A DNA stretch of 54,170 bases. It comes from Octopus bimaculoides. Its lineage: Eukaryota. The translations under genes and the position numbers were made by a program. Positions 11,230 to 23,822 of the stretch are shown here, one piece after another (the first letter of the stretch is position 1; each line of letters begins with the position of its first letter). The stretch covers positions 51,247,587 through 51,301,756 of the forward strand of contig NC_068997.1 of NCBI RefSeq assembly GCF_001194135.2, written 5' to 3'. A model generated the notes under the pieces. It ran no database searches, was not told the origin of the DNA, and worked only from the letters and a program-made list of their open reading frames with translations.

Positions 11230-11373
11230 TCATGATGCCAAGGCAGAGATCACTGTTGATATCCTGTTGCCAATGATTTGTTTAAGCTTCATTATTCTGT
11301 CATAGACTCTGACTGCCTCAATTACTTTATCTTGATGTTCCTCCACCAAGAATACACCACCACCACCTCCGAC
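11230..11373 (-). pseudogene. RTE LINE AP-endonuclease fragment
   Basis: VGGGGGVFLVEEHQDKVIEAVRVYDRIMKLKQIIGNRISTVISALAS matches the GVG...DRI..L...ISAYAP pattern of RTE endonucleases. Confidence 0.65.
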
Positions 11374-11399
11374 TTCAAAATAGTTACCCACCCAGAAGA

Positions 11400-12345
11400 A
11401 TTTGATCTATCTGTCTGTCTGTCAGTCTGTCTGTCTGTCAATCTGTCCATTTAGTTTAACATACACATACGTACACACACGCACACATATACACATACGT
11501 ATCTACTTGTTGGCATCTCTGCCTATATATACACACACACGTACATATAAAGCAGAAAAGAAACACTCACACATACAACGAAAGAAACCTATGTACAAAC
11601 ACATACACACACACATGCTCATGCACACACACACACACACACTCATGCACACATACACACAAACACAAACACACTCATGCACACACATACATATACACAC
11701 ACATATACATGCATGCATGCATACACGCACACACACACACATCCACACACGCACTCGCCCCCCCCCCCACCGGTGTTTTGGGTTGACTTTTGATGTTAGT
11801 GAGAGTGACATTATATACATTGCTGAAGATAATAATGTTTATAGCCATGGCTTATCATAATCAGTGACATCATCATAATGTTTATAACCACCATCTATCA
11901 CCATCATCACCATCATCATCATCATCATCATCATGTTTATCACTATAGTTCATCACCACCACCACCACCATCAACATTATCATCATCATCATCGTCATTA
12001 TAATGATTATAACTGTAGTTCATCACTATGATGTTGACGATGAAGCCGACGACGACGACGACCACCACCATCCACATCATCTTCAACATTGTAATGTTTG
12101 CAACTGTGATTTATCTGTCATCATCACCACCACCACCACCACCACCACCATCTTCATCATCATCATCATCATCATCATCAACATACTGTTTATAGCCATA
12201 GTTCATGATCACCACCATCATCATCGCCGTCTTCAACATCATCATCTTCATCATCATCACCATCATCGTCATTATAATGTGTACAACCATAGCCTATCCT
12301 CCTCCTCCTCATTATTATCACCGTAACTACCATTATCCTAATACC
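11400..12345. repeat. (CTGT)n, (CA)n and (CAT/CAC)n microsatellite blocks
   Basis: Directly visible. Confidence 0.9.
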
Positions 12346-12371
12346 ATTACATCATTCTAATTATTATGCAA

Positions 12372-12578
12372 GATGGCAGAATCGTTAGGGTGTCAGATAA
12401 AATAATTAACTGTGTTTGTTCTGGCTCTTTACATTCTGAGTTCAAATTTGGCAAAGTCAACTTTGCCTTTCATTCGTCCAGGGTTGATAAAATAGGTACC
12501 AGTAATTGATGTGATCAATTTGCCCCCTCCCCTCAAAATTGTTGGCCTTTTGCCTAAATTAGAAACAATTGTTCCTTA
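12372..12578 (+). mobile_element. Family A SINE
   Basis: Same head, central domain and tail as the other family A copies. Confidence 0.8.
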
Positions 12579-12629
12579 TTATTATTGTTGTTGTTATTAT
12601 TATTATTATTATTGTTATTATTATTATTG

Positions 12630-12995
12630 TTATAACCTCCGCTTAGCGAAGGAGAGAGGCATTGTTTTCAGTCATGTTTGTTTGTTTATCTGTGGACAAG
12701 ATATCTCAAGAACTGCTGGATGGATTCGGATGAAACTTTCAGGGATGTTTGGCCTCGTGACTGGCACAAACTGATTTTGGGATCGATTCAGTACCGGACA
12801 AGGATTCTGGATTATTTTTCTTGTTGTTTTTACTTAATTTCTGAGAGCAATCAGGTTTGTTTTCAATATCCTCATTTGTGAGAGCAGTTGAGTTTATTTC
12901 AGATATTCTCATTTTAAAAATCATTTCTGGCTAATCGTTGAGAGGACGTTGGTGTTGCCTTGGCGGAGGTTTGCACTCTCTGAGTGCTCTTGTTA
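12630..12995 (+). mobile_element. Non-autonomous Helentron/DINE-like rolling-circle element
   Basis: Subterminal inverted repeats acctccgc (12635) / gcggaggt (12963), a (TTTG)n patch after the 5' repeat, a 3' hairpin gcactc-tct-gagtgc, and TT-rich flanks. Confidence 0.7.
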
Positions 12996-13144
12996 TTATT
13001 GTTTTACTTCGCAGAGTGCTCGGTCTTGTTTGCTGTAATAGATTCTGTGAGGGTGGACAACAGCCTGTTGTCAGAGGCCTCAGAGGGTCTCTTTTCCACA
13101 CATTATAAGCTTTAATACTTGGTTGTTAATTATCATGGAAGACA

Positions 13145-13534
13145 GTGGAGGCGCAATGGCCCAGTGGTTAGGGCAGCGGACTCGCGGTCATAAGATCGTG
13201 GTTTCGATTCTCAGACCGGGCGTTGTGAGTGTTTATTGAGCGAAAACACCTAAAAGCTCCACGAGGCTCCGGCAGGGGATGGTGGCGAACCCTGCTGTAT
13301 TCTTCCACCACAACTTTCTCTCACTCTTACTTCCTGTTTCTGTTGTGCCTGTAATTCAAAGGGTCAGCCTTGTCACACTGTGTCACGCTGAATATCCCCG
13401 AGAACTACGTTAAGGGTACACATGTCTGTGGAGTGCTCAGCCACTTGCATGTTAATTTCACAAGCAGGCTGTTCCATTGATCGGATCAACTGGAACCCTC
13501 GAAGTCGTAAGTGACGGAGTGCCAACAGCAACAA
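13145..13534 (+). mobile_element. tRNA-headed SINE ('family C'), full length
   Basis: A-box tggcccagtgg, B-box ggtttcgattc; closely similar to 46490-46872; (caa)n-like tail. Confidence 0.9.
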
Positions 13535-14432
13535 TCAACGGCCAACATCCAACCACCAATCTGAAAATCCTAACTGTTCCCAGCAGAGTGTGGAGATCAT
13601 CTGTGGGAGGCATCCAGTCACTGCATACCAGTGAAATCTTGCAGTTACAATATATAGAATACCAGCATCTTCTCAGACGCTGATGTCACAAATACCCAGT
13701 AGGCTTATTAAAAATTAATTATTAATGGCAGAATCAGTATTAATAACAAAACGTATTCCTTATATCCAACTAAACATGGATGTCTTGTTACAACACCAAA
13801 TACTATGTTATTAGCCTTCTCATATTGGTGGCCCTTCTCATATCAGTGCTTGGTGCATAAATACACACACAGGCTGGGGGTAAGGGTGGTTGGCTGGTGT
13901 TGGAAGTGGTGGGGAGGTGTCTGGCTTTTTCAGAAAGTCAGTCAGTGAATGTGGTGTAGATGAGAGTACGAAGTTCTGAACTCATTGGACTGGGTTACGG
14001 ACTGAATGTAGGTATAAAACGGGAGCTGTAATATTTAATAGGGATACGTGGGTGATGGGGATGGTGGTGGTGGTGGTGATGCCTCAATATGGAGCCATTG
14101 TAGGTATACAGGGGAAAAACATTAATAAACCTTTTCTTGAAATAATAAATAGACAAAACAAAATATGTAGCTATTTAGCTAAACTCGGTGGAATTTCCTT
14201 ATTGAACCTGACTAAAAGACATCTGAAATAACAGAAATTGCTGATAAAAAGCTGCTCAGGAATAAATAATGGTGATGGAATCGTCAAAGATGAATAATTA
14301 ATGTCTAACTGAAGATCTTCATGTTTGCAGAAATTTTTTACTTATTTAAGTCTTTGCAATTAAAAGAGATATTATTATTATTATTATCATCGTTATTATT
14401 ATTCTTATTGTCGTCATCATCATCATCATATA

Positions 14433-14890
14433 AGACGGTGAGCTGGCAGAAATGTTAGCATGCTAGGTAACACGTTTCGTGGTAGTTTGTTTGTCTTTAC
14501 ATTGTAAGTTCAAATTCCACCATAGCCAACTCTGTCTTTCATCCTCTCAGGGTTGATAAATTAAATACCAGTTGAGCTGAAAAAAATCTTAACACCCCTC
14601 CCTCCAAACTTGCTGGCCTTGTGCCAAAATTTGAAACCATTATTATTATTATTATTTTTCTTATTGTTGTTAAGGCATTGAGCTGGCAGAATCATTAGCA
14701 CGCCGGGAGAAATGCTTAGTGGTATTTCGTCTGCCATTAGGTTCTGAGTTCAAATTCCTCCAAGGTCGACTTTGCCTTTCATCTTTACGGGGTCGATAAA
14801 TTAAGTACCAGTTGCATACTGGGGTTGATCTAATTGACTTCCCCCCATCCCCCCAAATTTCAGGCCTTGTGCCTAGGGTAGAAAATTATA
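14433..14890 (+). mobile_element. Two head-to-tail family A SINEs
   Basis: Copies at about 14433-14645 and 14672-14890 joined by (att)n. Confidence 0.85.
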
Positions 14891-15974
14891 TATATGATAA
14901 ATATTCCAGCAGAGCTAAGGGTAACGTCAACTAGAGCTAAAGACATAAATGTATTGATTGTCATCATCACCATCATTATCATCGCCATTATCACCACCAC
15001 CACCACCATCACCACCACCATCATCATCATCATCATCATCATCATCCTTTAGTGTCCATTCTTTATGCTGACATGAGTTGGGGTGTTTGGTAGGAGCTGG
15101 CAACCCAGGGAGCTGCACCAGGTCCCATTGTCTGCTTTGGAAAGTAAACATGCATCTACCTACAACACTCACACACACACATATTCTCTCTCCTCTCCTT
15201 ACACACACTCCTAAACAATCAGTCTCTCTCAAACTCTCACTCATACACACATGTACACTCTCTCTCTCACATCTGCATGCACACACACTCTCTCTCTCTC
15301 TTTCACTCACCTCTCAAGCACACCACATACACACACATGTGCACACACACACACACACACACACACACTCTCTCTCTCTCTTTTGTTACATGCTCTCTCT
15401 CTCTCTTTTGCACTCATACACCCTCTCTCTTTCTTCTGTGCACACACTCTTACTCTCTCTTTTACATACTCTCTCTCTTTCTCTCTCCCCTTCTCTTTCT
15501 TGCTTACACACACACACACACACACACNNNNNNNNNNNNNNNNNNNNNNNNNNNNNNNNNNNNNNNNNNNNNNNNNNNNNNNNNNNNNNNNNNNNNNNNN
15601 NNNNNNNNNNNNNNNNNNNNNNNNNNNNNNNNNNNNNNNNNNNNNNNNNNNNNNNNNNNNNNNNNNNNNNNNNNNNNNNNNNNNNNNNNNNNNNNNNNNN
15701 NNNNNNNNNNNNNNNNNNNNNNNNNNNNNNNNNNNNNNNNNNNNNNNNNNNNNNNNNNNNNNNNNNNNNNNNNNNNNNNNNNNNNNNNNNNNNNNNNNNN
15801 NNNNNNNNNNNNNNNNNNCTATGAGCCAAAACTTAAAACTCACAACTGATATGGCAAAATATAAAAAAACAATTATGATAAAAAAACTAACAAAATACAA
15901 AAAAAAAAAGAAGAGATACAGGAAGAAATGCAACCACTATAATAATAATGATGATATCAAAAATTTGACGCAAG

Positions 15975-16165
15975 GGCAGCTTGCGGGAGGGTATTAAGTC
16001 AATTACATCGACCCCAGTGCATAACTGGTACTTATTTCATTGACCCTGAAAGGATGAAAAGCAATGTTGACCTCGGCGGGATTTGAACTCAGAACGTAGC
16101 GATGGGTGAAATACTGCTGCGCATTTCGCCCAATTTGCTTAACGATTATGTGAGCTCACTGCCTT
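15975..16165 (-). mobile_element. Family A SINE
   Basis: Reverse complement of the family A consensus seen elsewhere in the window. Confidence 0.8.
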
Positions 16166-16314
16166 AACCACTCACAAGGATTTAGATGGTCCAACGCTCT
16201 AATAGAAGACTGTTGCACAAGGTACCATGCAGTGAGCCTCAACATTGAACCATCTTCTTGGAAAGCAAACTTCTTACCACACATACACACATACACACAT
16301 ATATATGTATGTAG

Positions 16315-16359
<45 letters not shown>

Positions 16360-16547
16360 TACACGTGTGCCTGTGTGTGGATGCATGTATCTGTGTGCCA
16401 TTCCATCTTTAATTTATTTTAGGCTTCATGGTTAAAGTGACTAATGCTACATAAATACACATGCTTGAGTGAACAAACAAAAGAAATGGACGCATATAGA
16501 TACAGCAGAGCTTGTTCATTTATTTACAAATAAATTAATTATTTGAC

Positions 16548-16609
16548 CTGCTTGGTGAAGCACGACTAATCTTAGCAGCACTGCTAGACCTTAAGATGAC
16601 TGGGTTGGC
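16548..16609 (-). CDS. Candidate 62-nt exon, ANPVILRSSSAAKISRASPS
   Basis: Acceptor ...caaccacag, weak donor CAG|gtcaaa; only one open frame (phase 0 to 2). Confidence 0.2.
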
Positions 16610-16797
16610 CTGTGGTTGTTGTGGTAACGAGAAACAAATATATTGACATATTTACACTTAGCGAAAACTCCTATAACCACTTGCAGTTTAATAAAATAAT
16701 ATATCATATTAAATGTTTTATTTAGAAAGACATCTCGATATATATACCTATATATATACATACATACATACAGATATATATATATATATATACATAG

Positions 16798-16872
<75 letters not shown>

Positions 16873-17243
16873 TGTATGCATGTATATGTGTGTATGTATG
16901 TCTGTGCATGTATATATATATATAAATGTATATATANNNNNNNNNNNNNNNNNNNNNNNNNNNNNNNNNNNNNNNNNNNNNNNNNNNNNNNNNNNNNNNN
17001 NNNNNNNNNNNNNNNNNNNNNNNNNNNNNNNNNNNNNNNNNNNNNNNNNNNNNNNNNNNNNNNNNNNNNNNNNNNNNNNNNNNNNNNNNNNNNNNNNNNN
17101 NNNNNNNNNNNNNNNNNNNNNNNNNNNNNNNNNNNNNNNNNNNNNNNNNNNNNNNNNNNNNNNNNNNNNNNNNNNNNNNNNNNNNNNNNNNNNNNNNNNN
17201 NNNNNNNNNNNNNNNNNNNNNNNNNNNNNNNNNNNNNATCTTT

Positions 17244-17274
<31 letters not shown>

Positions 17275-17289
17275 ATATATATATATATT

Positions 17290-17514
17290 CGAGCGAGGCC
17301 GTTGCCAGTGCCGCCGGACTGGCGCCTGTGCAGGTGGCACATAAAATGCACCATGTTGAGCGTGGCTGTTGCCAGTACCACCTGACTGGCCTCCGGCTGT
17401 AGAAACTCTGCCAAATCAGATTGGAGCCTGGTGTAGCCATCGGGTTTCACCAGTCCTCAGTCAAATCGTCCAACCTATGCTAGCATGGAAAGCGGACGTT
17501 AAACGATGATGATG
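17290..17514 (+). mobile_element. CpG-rich RTE-derived tail element with internal duplication
   Basis: Two related gttgccagt.cc.c..gactggc units, then gctgtagaaac...ggacgttaaacgatgatgat. Confidence 0.75.
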
Positions 17515-17854
17515 TGTGTGTGTAGCTGAGCCTGTGTTGTGAAGAGGCTTGCTTCCCAACGATGTTGGTCTTGGGTTCATTCCCACTGCATGGCACCTTA
17601 GAGAAGTGCCCTCTAGTTTCAAGGCAACAAAAGTTGTGAGTCGACTTGGTAGATAGAAACTGAAAGAAGCTCATCATGGTTCTGGGTTCAATCCCACTGC
17701 GTGGCACCTTGTGCAAGTGTCTTCTACTATAGCCTCGGGATGACCAAAACCTCTTTACTTTTCTTTCTCTCTCTCTCCCCCTTTTACTGAAAAAACAAAA
17801 ACATTTTTCCTCTTCTAGACAAAAAAAAAAAAGATGAAATACTGCTGAGTATTG

Positions 17855-18142
17855 GGCCTCATGGAAGCAAAGTGGCTGAGTTCCTTTCGAGCTTTGGACC
17901 TCATAGAGGCAATGACCAAGACCTTTGGCATTATGTCATGCTTGAGAAGAAAACCCATCAAGCTGAGCAAAATCACAGTCATGGCAGATACTAGTGTCAC
18001 ACAAATGGCACCATGTCAGTGGCATATAAAAGCACCCATTATGCTCTCGGAGTGGTTAGCGTTAGGACCATGCCAAATCAAACTGGAGTTTGGTGCAGCC
18101 TTCTAGCTTACTAGCCCCATTCAAACTGTCCAGTATGGACAA

Positions 18143-18150
<8 letters not shown>
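17855..18150 (+). mobile_element. RTE LINE 3' end, diverged
   Basis: ggacctcatagaggcaatgacc...cttgagaaga and the 3' UTR, homologous to 3920-4392. Confidence 0.7.
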
Positions 18151-18201
<51 letters not shown>

Positions 18202-18346
18202 GCCGGTGGTGGTAAGGGTTCTGCCATCTCGCTACCTTGCATACACACATGATATATTCCACCTAACATGTTCTTTTTTTCTTTTCCTTAAATAGTTCCT
18301 TCCTTTGTCAGGACTCTAAATGAACTCAACGTTGTTATGACCTTAC

Positions 18347-18374
18347 CAGTTCTATTGTTCTTGGAGATTTCAAC
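18347..18374 (-). CDS. Candidate 28-nt microexon (LKSPRTIEL or VEISKNNRT)
   Basis: Acceptor ccgttttgttttaaatatgtag, donor CTG|gtaagg. Confidence 0.25.
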
Positions 18375-18769
18375 CTACATATTTAAAACAAAACGGAAGC
18401 AACATCATTTAAAATTAAAGACAAAAAAAGAAAAAAAAAGAAATACCCCCAAAATTACATCAAAAGCCATCACTCCATCATAAAAAAATATATATATATG
18501 GATTATTATCTCAATTATTATTTTGACTAATTTTCTAATAATTTTCGTTGACTGTACAAACAAAACAAGACAAGATATGCTTTCTGGTTTCTTTGGGAGT
18601 GTCACACTTGTTGCAAATCGCAAGAACACAGGTATCGGCCAAAGGAAACAATTTATCAGATTTTATATTCTGTTTTTGAAAAACACCCAACAGTTGCATC
18701 ATTGTTTTTCATTACATTGGCATTGCGCCACAAATATAAAGTGAGTGTGTAGGTATGACTGACTGAACA

Positions 18770-19175
18770 GAAATCCAGTTTATAACTGGTACCTACTTTA
18801 ACCCTTTTGCATTCAGATTACTTGACCTCAGTACGCAACTGGTACTTAATTTACCGATCCCAAAAGGATGAAATGAAAAGTCAACCTCGGTGGAATTTGA
18901 ACTCAGAACGTAAAGGCAGACGAAATACTGCTAAGCATTTCGGCCGGCATGCTAATGTTTCTTATTTCTTTATTACCCACAAAGGGCTAAACATAGAGGG
19001 GACAAACAAGGACAGACAGTACATCGACCCAGTACACAACTGGTACTTAATTTATCTACACCGAAAGAATGAAAAGCAAAGTTGACCTTGGCAGAATTTG
19101 AACTCAGAACATAGCGGAAGACGAAATACCAGTAAGCATTTCACCCGGTATGCTAATGTTTCTGCCAGCTCACCG
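18770..19175 (-). mobile_element. Two family A SINEs in tandem
   Basis: Reverse-complement copies at about 18830-18960 and 19015-19175, plus a fragment at 18770. Confidence 0.8.
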
Positions 19176-19594
19176 TCATTGAAGTACTACTATTGACTAA
19201 ATAAAGGTCGTGAGCTGGGCAGAATCAGGACTTGTGCCTATAGTAGAAAGGATTATTAAATAATTAAAAATTCACTGCCCGTTTAATTTATCTAAATCTG
19301 CCGATAATTGCGACTCAGTAAAACCAATTTCTTACATCCATTATCCACAACCACTATCCTTTAAAAATACTTAGGGAATTATCAAAAATGACAAATTTTC
19401 TTCCAAGATTTTTTAATTTGCATTATAATTGTAAAACTCAATTAAAGTTATGACAAATACTATCTCAGTGCCTTGGGTCTTCACAGCTCTTATTTTAAAA
19501 GGTTAATGATAAATCTTTTAAAAGAAGCCATAACAGTTTTAATGAAACTACTGGTAAATTTTTTTTCCTTTTAGAAATTTGTACAATAGACAGA

Positions 19595-19759
19595 AGCATG
19601 GATGTGTGGTTAAGAAGCTCCCGTTGCAACTATGTGATTTTAGGTTCAATCCTACTGTGTGGCACCTTGGGCAAATGTCTTCTACTATAGATCCAGGCTA
19701 ACGTATGCCTTGTGAGTGAATTTGGGAATTTGGTAGATGGAAACTGAAAGAAGCCCACC

Positions 19760-19803
<44 letters not shown>

Positions 19804-19972
19804 AGATGCAGGTCTGTGTGGTAAGAAGCTTGCATCCCAACCACATGATTCCAGGTTCAGTCCTACTGCGTGGCACCTTGGGCAAGTGTCTTCTACTATA
19901 GCTTTGGGCTGACCAAAGCCTTCTGAATGGATTTGGTAGATGGAAACTGAAANNNNNNNNNNNNNNNNNNNN
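19595..19972 (+). mobile_element. Two tandem 5' halves of a CORE-type SINE ('family B')
   Basis: tgtgtggtaagaagctt...ggttcagtcc..ctg.gtggcaccttgggcaagtgtcttctactatag, resembling the CORE domain; runs into an N gap. Confidence 0.8.
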
Positions 19973-20619
19973 NNNNNNNNNNNNNNNNNNNNNNNNNNNN
20001 NNNNNNNNNNNNNNNNNNNNNNNNNNNNNNNNNNNNNNNNNNNNNNNNNNNNNNNNNNNNNNNNNNNNNNNNNNNNNNNNNNNNNNNNNNNNNNNNNNNN
20101 NNNNNNNNNNNNNNNNNNNNNNNNNNNNNNNNNNNNNNNNNNNNNNNNNNNNNNNNNNNNNNNNNNNNNNNNNNNNNNNNNNNNNNNNNNNNNNNNNNNN
20201 NNNNNNNNNNNNNNNNNNNNNNNNNNNNNNNNNNNNNNNNNNNNNNNNNNNNNNNNNNNNNNNNNNNNNNNNNNNNNNNNNNNNNNNNNNNNNNNNNNNN
20301 NNNNNNNNNNNNNNNNNNNNNNNNNNNNNNNNNNNNNNNNNNNNNNNNNNNNNNNNNNNNNNNNNNNNNNNNNNNNNNNNNNNNNNNNNNNNNNNNNNNN
20401 NNNNNNNNNNNNNNNNNNNNNNNNNNNNNNNNNNNNNNNNNNNNNNNNNNNNNNNNNNNNNNNNNNNNNNNNNNNNNNNNNNNNNNNNNNNNNNNNNNNN
20501 NNNNNNNNNNNNNNNNNNNNNNNNNNNNNNNNNNNNNNNNNNNNNNNNNNNNNNNNNNNNNNNNNNNNNNNNNNNNNNNNCATATTTCTACTCTGCTAAT
20601 CTAAAGATTATAATGATAG

Positions 20620-20993
20620 GCGCAGGAGTGGCTGTGTGGTAAGTAGCTTGCTTACCAACCACATGGTTCCGGGTTCAGTCCCACTGCGTGGCCGACCAAA
20701 GCCTTGTGTGTGGATTTGGTAGACAGAAACTGAAAGAAGCCCATCGTATATATATATATGTATATATATATGTGTATGTGGGTTTGTGTGTCTGTGTTTG
20801 TCCCCACAACATCGCTTGACAACCGATGCTGGTGTGTTTACATCCCCGTAACTTAGCAGTTCGGCAAAAAGCGACTGATAGAATAAGTACTAGGCTTACA
20901 AAGAATAAGTCCCAGGGTTGATTTTCTCAACTAAAGGTGGTGCTCCAGCATGGCTGTAGTCAAATGACTGAAACAAGTATAAGAGTAAAAGAG
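20620..20993 (+). mobile_element. Family B CORE-type SINE with internal (TA)n/(TG)n
   Basis: Head ggcgcaggagtggctgtgtggtaag; 3' end gtcaaatgactgaaacaagta; small deletion in the CORE part. Confidence 0.9.
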
Positions 20994-21144
20994 ATATCTA
21001 GGATATAATGTACTTCTATTTTATCATATGGTATATTATTATATCTGGAATATAACATCCTTCTACTGGGTTATCATACAATATATAGTTAAATGGAATG
21101 CAAAAGTGTTTTGGCTGTGGGACAGCCAGGCTTGAAGTGAATAC

Positions 21145-21365
21145 TACAAGGGAATAATGAAAAGTTCCTGGCTTTGGGTCAAAGAAAATACAGTAGGATC
21201 AGTTAATTATGATTTTATCCAACATATTCCCTTCTCAGATTCACATACTTATTGCAGTGGTCCTTCAGTTTTTCTAAGCCCTGTAGAAGGACTTGGAAGT
21301 TTGGGTCTTCAACCAGGCCTTTTGTGATACCCTTAAAGCCAGGAATTTTTCGGCACCACCTCATA
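21145..21365 (-). mobile_element. Mariner internal-deletion derivative (221 bp)
   Basis: TA-flanked TIRs sharing gaaaa.ttcctggcttt; the interior encodes a transposase C-terminus LLQGLEKLKDHCNKYVNLRREYVG* (compare GIxKLxxRWxKCxxxxGEYVE). Confidence 0.8.
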
Positions 21366-21412
21366 CATTTGGCAGGATTATTATTATTATTATTATTATT
21401 ATTATCATTATT

Positions 21413-21622
21413 AAAGTGGTGAGTTGACAGAACCATTTGCATGCCTGGCAAAATGCTTAGTGGTATTTCGTCTGTCTTCACTTTCTGAGTTCAAATTTCA
21501 CTGAGGTAGACTTTGCCTTTCATCCTTTTTGGGGTTGATGAAATAAGTACTGGTTGGGATTTGGGGTTGATGTAATCAACTACCCCCATCCCCGCAAAAT
21601 TGCTGGCCTTGTTCAAATAGCA
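21413..21622 (+). mobile_element. Family A SINE
   Basis: Follows an (att)n run; typical head and central domain. Confidence 0.8.
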
Positions 21623-22632
21623 GGAAAAAAAATTACTTCATATTTTTCTTCAGATTCAAAAAAAAAAAAAAAAAAATNNNNNNNNNNNNNNNNNNNNNNN
21701 NNNNNNNNNNNNNNNNNNNNNNNNNNNNNNNNNNNNNNNNNNNNNNNNNNNNNNNNNNNNNNNNNNNNNNNNNNNNNNNNNNNNNNNNNNNNNNNNNNNN
21801 NNNNNNNNNNNNNNNNNNNNNNNNNNNNNNNNNNNNNNNNNNNNNNNNNNNNNNNNNNNNNNNNNNNNNNNNNNNNNNNNNNNNNNNNNNNNNNNNNNNN
21901 GGGGGGGGGGGGGGGGAGAAACAGAAAGGGTGCAAAAATATTAAAGAATCTAGACAAGAATTGAAGTTGTCCCTTAAATATAGCAACAATTCATTTGCTG
22001 TTTCAACATTAGAAGATTGACCTCACTCTCTACCCTCCCCTACCCTTCCATAATCCTGAATTCTTCCCTCCCTCCGCTTCCTCCATAGACCTATTCCTTA
22101 TCTAAACCAACCATACAAACATTCTGTTTTTGTTCATAGAATTTCATGGTTAATATTTTTATTTACCTATTTTTTTTTTTTTGGTTAGAACTACACCCAT
22201 TGTGAATCATCTGTTGCAGACTTTTCCTTATATTTGCTGCCACCCCCCCTGCTCTACTTCTACCCTGGTCCCTTCTTGTGGTGGTGGAGCAGAGGAGAGT
22301 GGGGGGTTCTTTTAATTTTTGTTTGAATGTCTTGTCATAACTTTTCCTTTTTTAATAATAATAATGATAATAATAATAATAATAATGATAATAATAAAGA
22401 TGATGATAATAAGACTAAGAGTAGTTTTACATCTTGGCACATGGCTAGCACTTTAACGGGAGTACATTTGTTGAGTACATTGACTCACTACATTGTTGGT
22501 ACCTATTTTATCAACCCACAAGAATGAAAGTCAAAGTCGACCCCTGTGGTATTTGAACTCAAAATGTTAAGTTGAAAGCAATGACACGAAATATTTTGTG
22601 CAGTGTTCTATTGATAATGTCAACCTGCCACC

Positions 22633-22712
<80 letters not shown>

Positions 22713-23424
22713 TATTATTATTATTTCAAATTTTTGCCTTTATGTTGCAAACACCTTATAGAATTTTCTCCAGATGGAACATTACCATTTCCCTGATGCC
22801 TTAAAGAACTTCACTTCCTTCCTGCTTACTAAAACATTTGTTTTTGCTATGACTACTTTGCTTCCATGTCTGGAATTTTAGCTTCAGTTCTTTCGCACAA
22901 CCCAACTCACACAGACAAACAGACAGACGTATGTATATATTGATGTGTGCATAATAAAATTAAAAAAAAAAATTTTTTTTTTACAAATCTTAAGTTAATT
23001 AGAATAAAATAAACCAAAGGTATAACGATATTGCTGATAATTTATTTCCCTAGACAACGTCTTATAGCGGAGACTCTGGCTGTCATTGAAGAAATCTGTT
23101 TGAAAATGTGAAGTTATTTAAGTATTTACGTAAATATTTAATCTGTATTTCAATGTAGTAGAGGCAACATCAGAGAAAGAGAGAGAGAGAGAGAGAGGGA
23201 GAAAGAGAAAGAGGGGAGAAAAAGAGAGAGAGATAAAATGGTAGTGCTATGTCTGATTACATATAATAAACTTTCGCATATATGTATATCCTTCAAGAGA
23301 AAAGTCAGCTTGGATATTTATCCGAATAAATTCTAATGTCGAACCTTTTAGCTTTTAGATTTCTCTCTCAAACGTGATGCTTATTTATGTACTTCGTTGT
23401 CCATTAATCAGTCATTATCTAATA

Positions 23425-23787
23425 GGTGCAGGCATGGCTGTGTGGTAAGAAGTTTTTGCTTCTCAACCACATGGTTCCGGGGTCAGTCCTACTGCGTGGC
23501 ACCTCAGGCCAACCAAAGCTTTGTGAGTGGATTTGGTGGACAGAAACTGAAAGAAGCCCATCATATATATATGTGTACATGTGTATGTGTGTATGCGTGT
23601 GTTTGTTATATAACACCTTGGCAACTGGTGTTGATGCGTTTACTTCCCTGTAACTTAGCAGCTTGGCAAAAGCAACTGAGAGAATAAGTAGATTAGGTTT
23701 AAAAAAATATAAATCCTGGGGTCAATTCTTCAAGGTGGTGCCCCAGCATGGCCACAGTTCAGTGACTAAAACAAGTAAAAAATAAAA
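23425..23787 (+). mobile_element. Family B CORE-type SINE
   Basis: Full head-to-tail similarity with 20620-20993 and 49808-50222. Confidence 0.85.
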
Positions 23788-23822
23788 TATGATATATATA
23801 TGTACATATATATATATATATA

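Noticed and set aside
13145-13225. tRNA genes at the A/B-box heads (also 46490, 28005 and 52900)
   Set aside because: Each continues into a repeated SINE body and lacks a clean cloverleaf and terminator; these are SINE heads.
19338-19360. Minus-strand 23-nt exon encoding IVVVDNG (actin- or glycosyltransferase-like motif)
   Set aside because: It is too short, lies in a probable MITE remnant ending aaaggttaa, and is out of phase with the neighbouring candidates.
21901-21916. Poly-G run (and poly-C at about 26720-26733) as G-quadruplexes
   Set aside because: Both abut N gaps, so the true length and context are unknown and may be sequencing artefacts.
23054-23113. Plus-strand helix-like peptide QRLIAETLAVIEEICLKM*
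   Set aside because: Only a weak donor is available and the surrounding sequence looks like a transposon remnant; it cannot be distinguished from chance.
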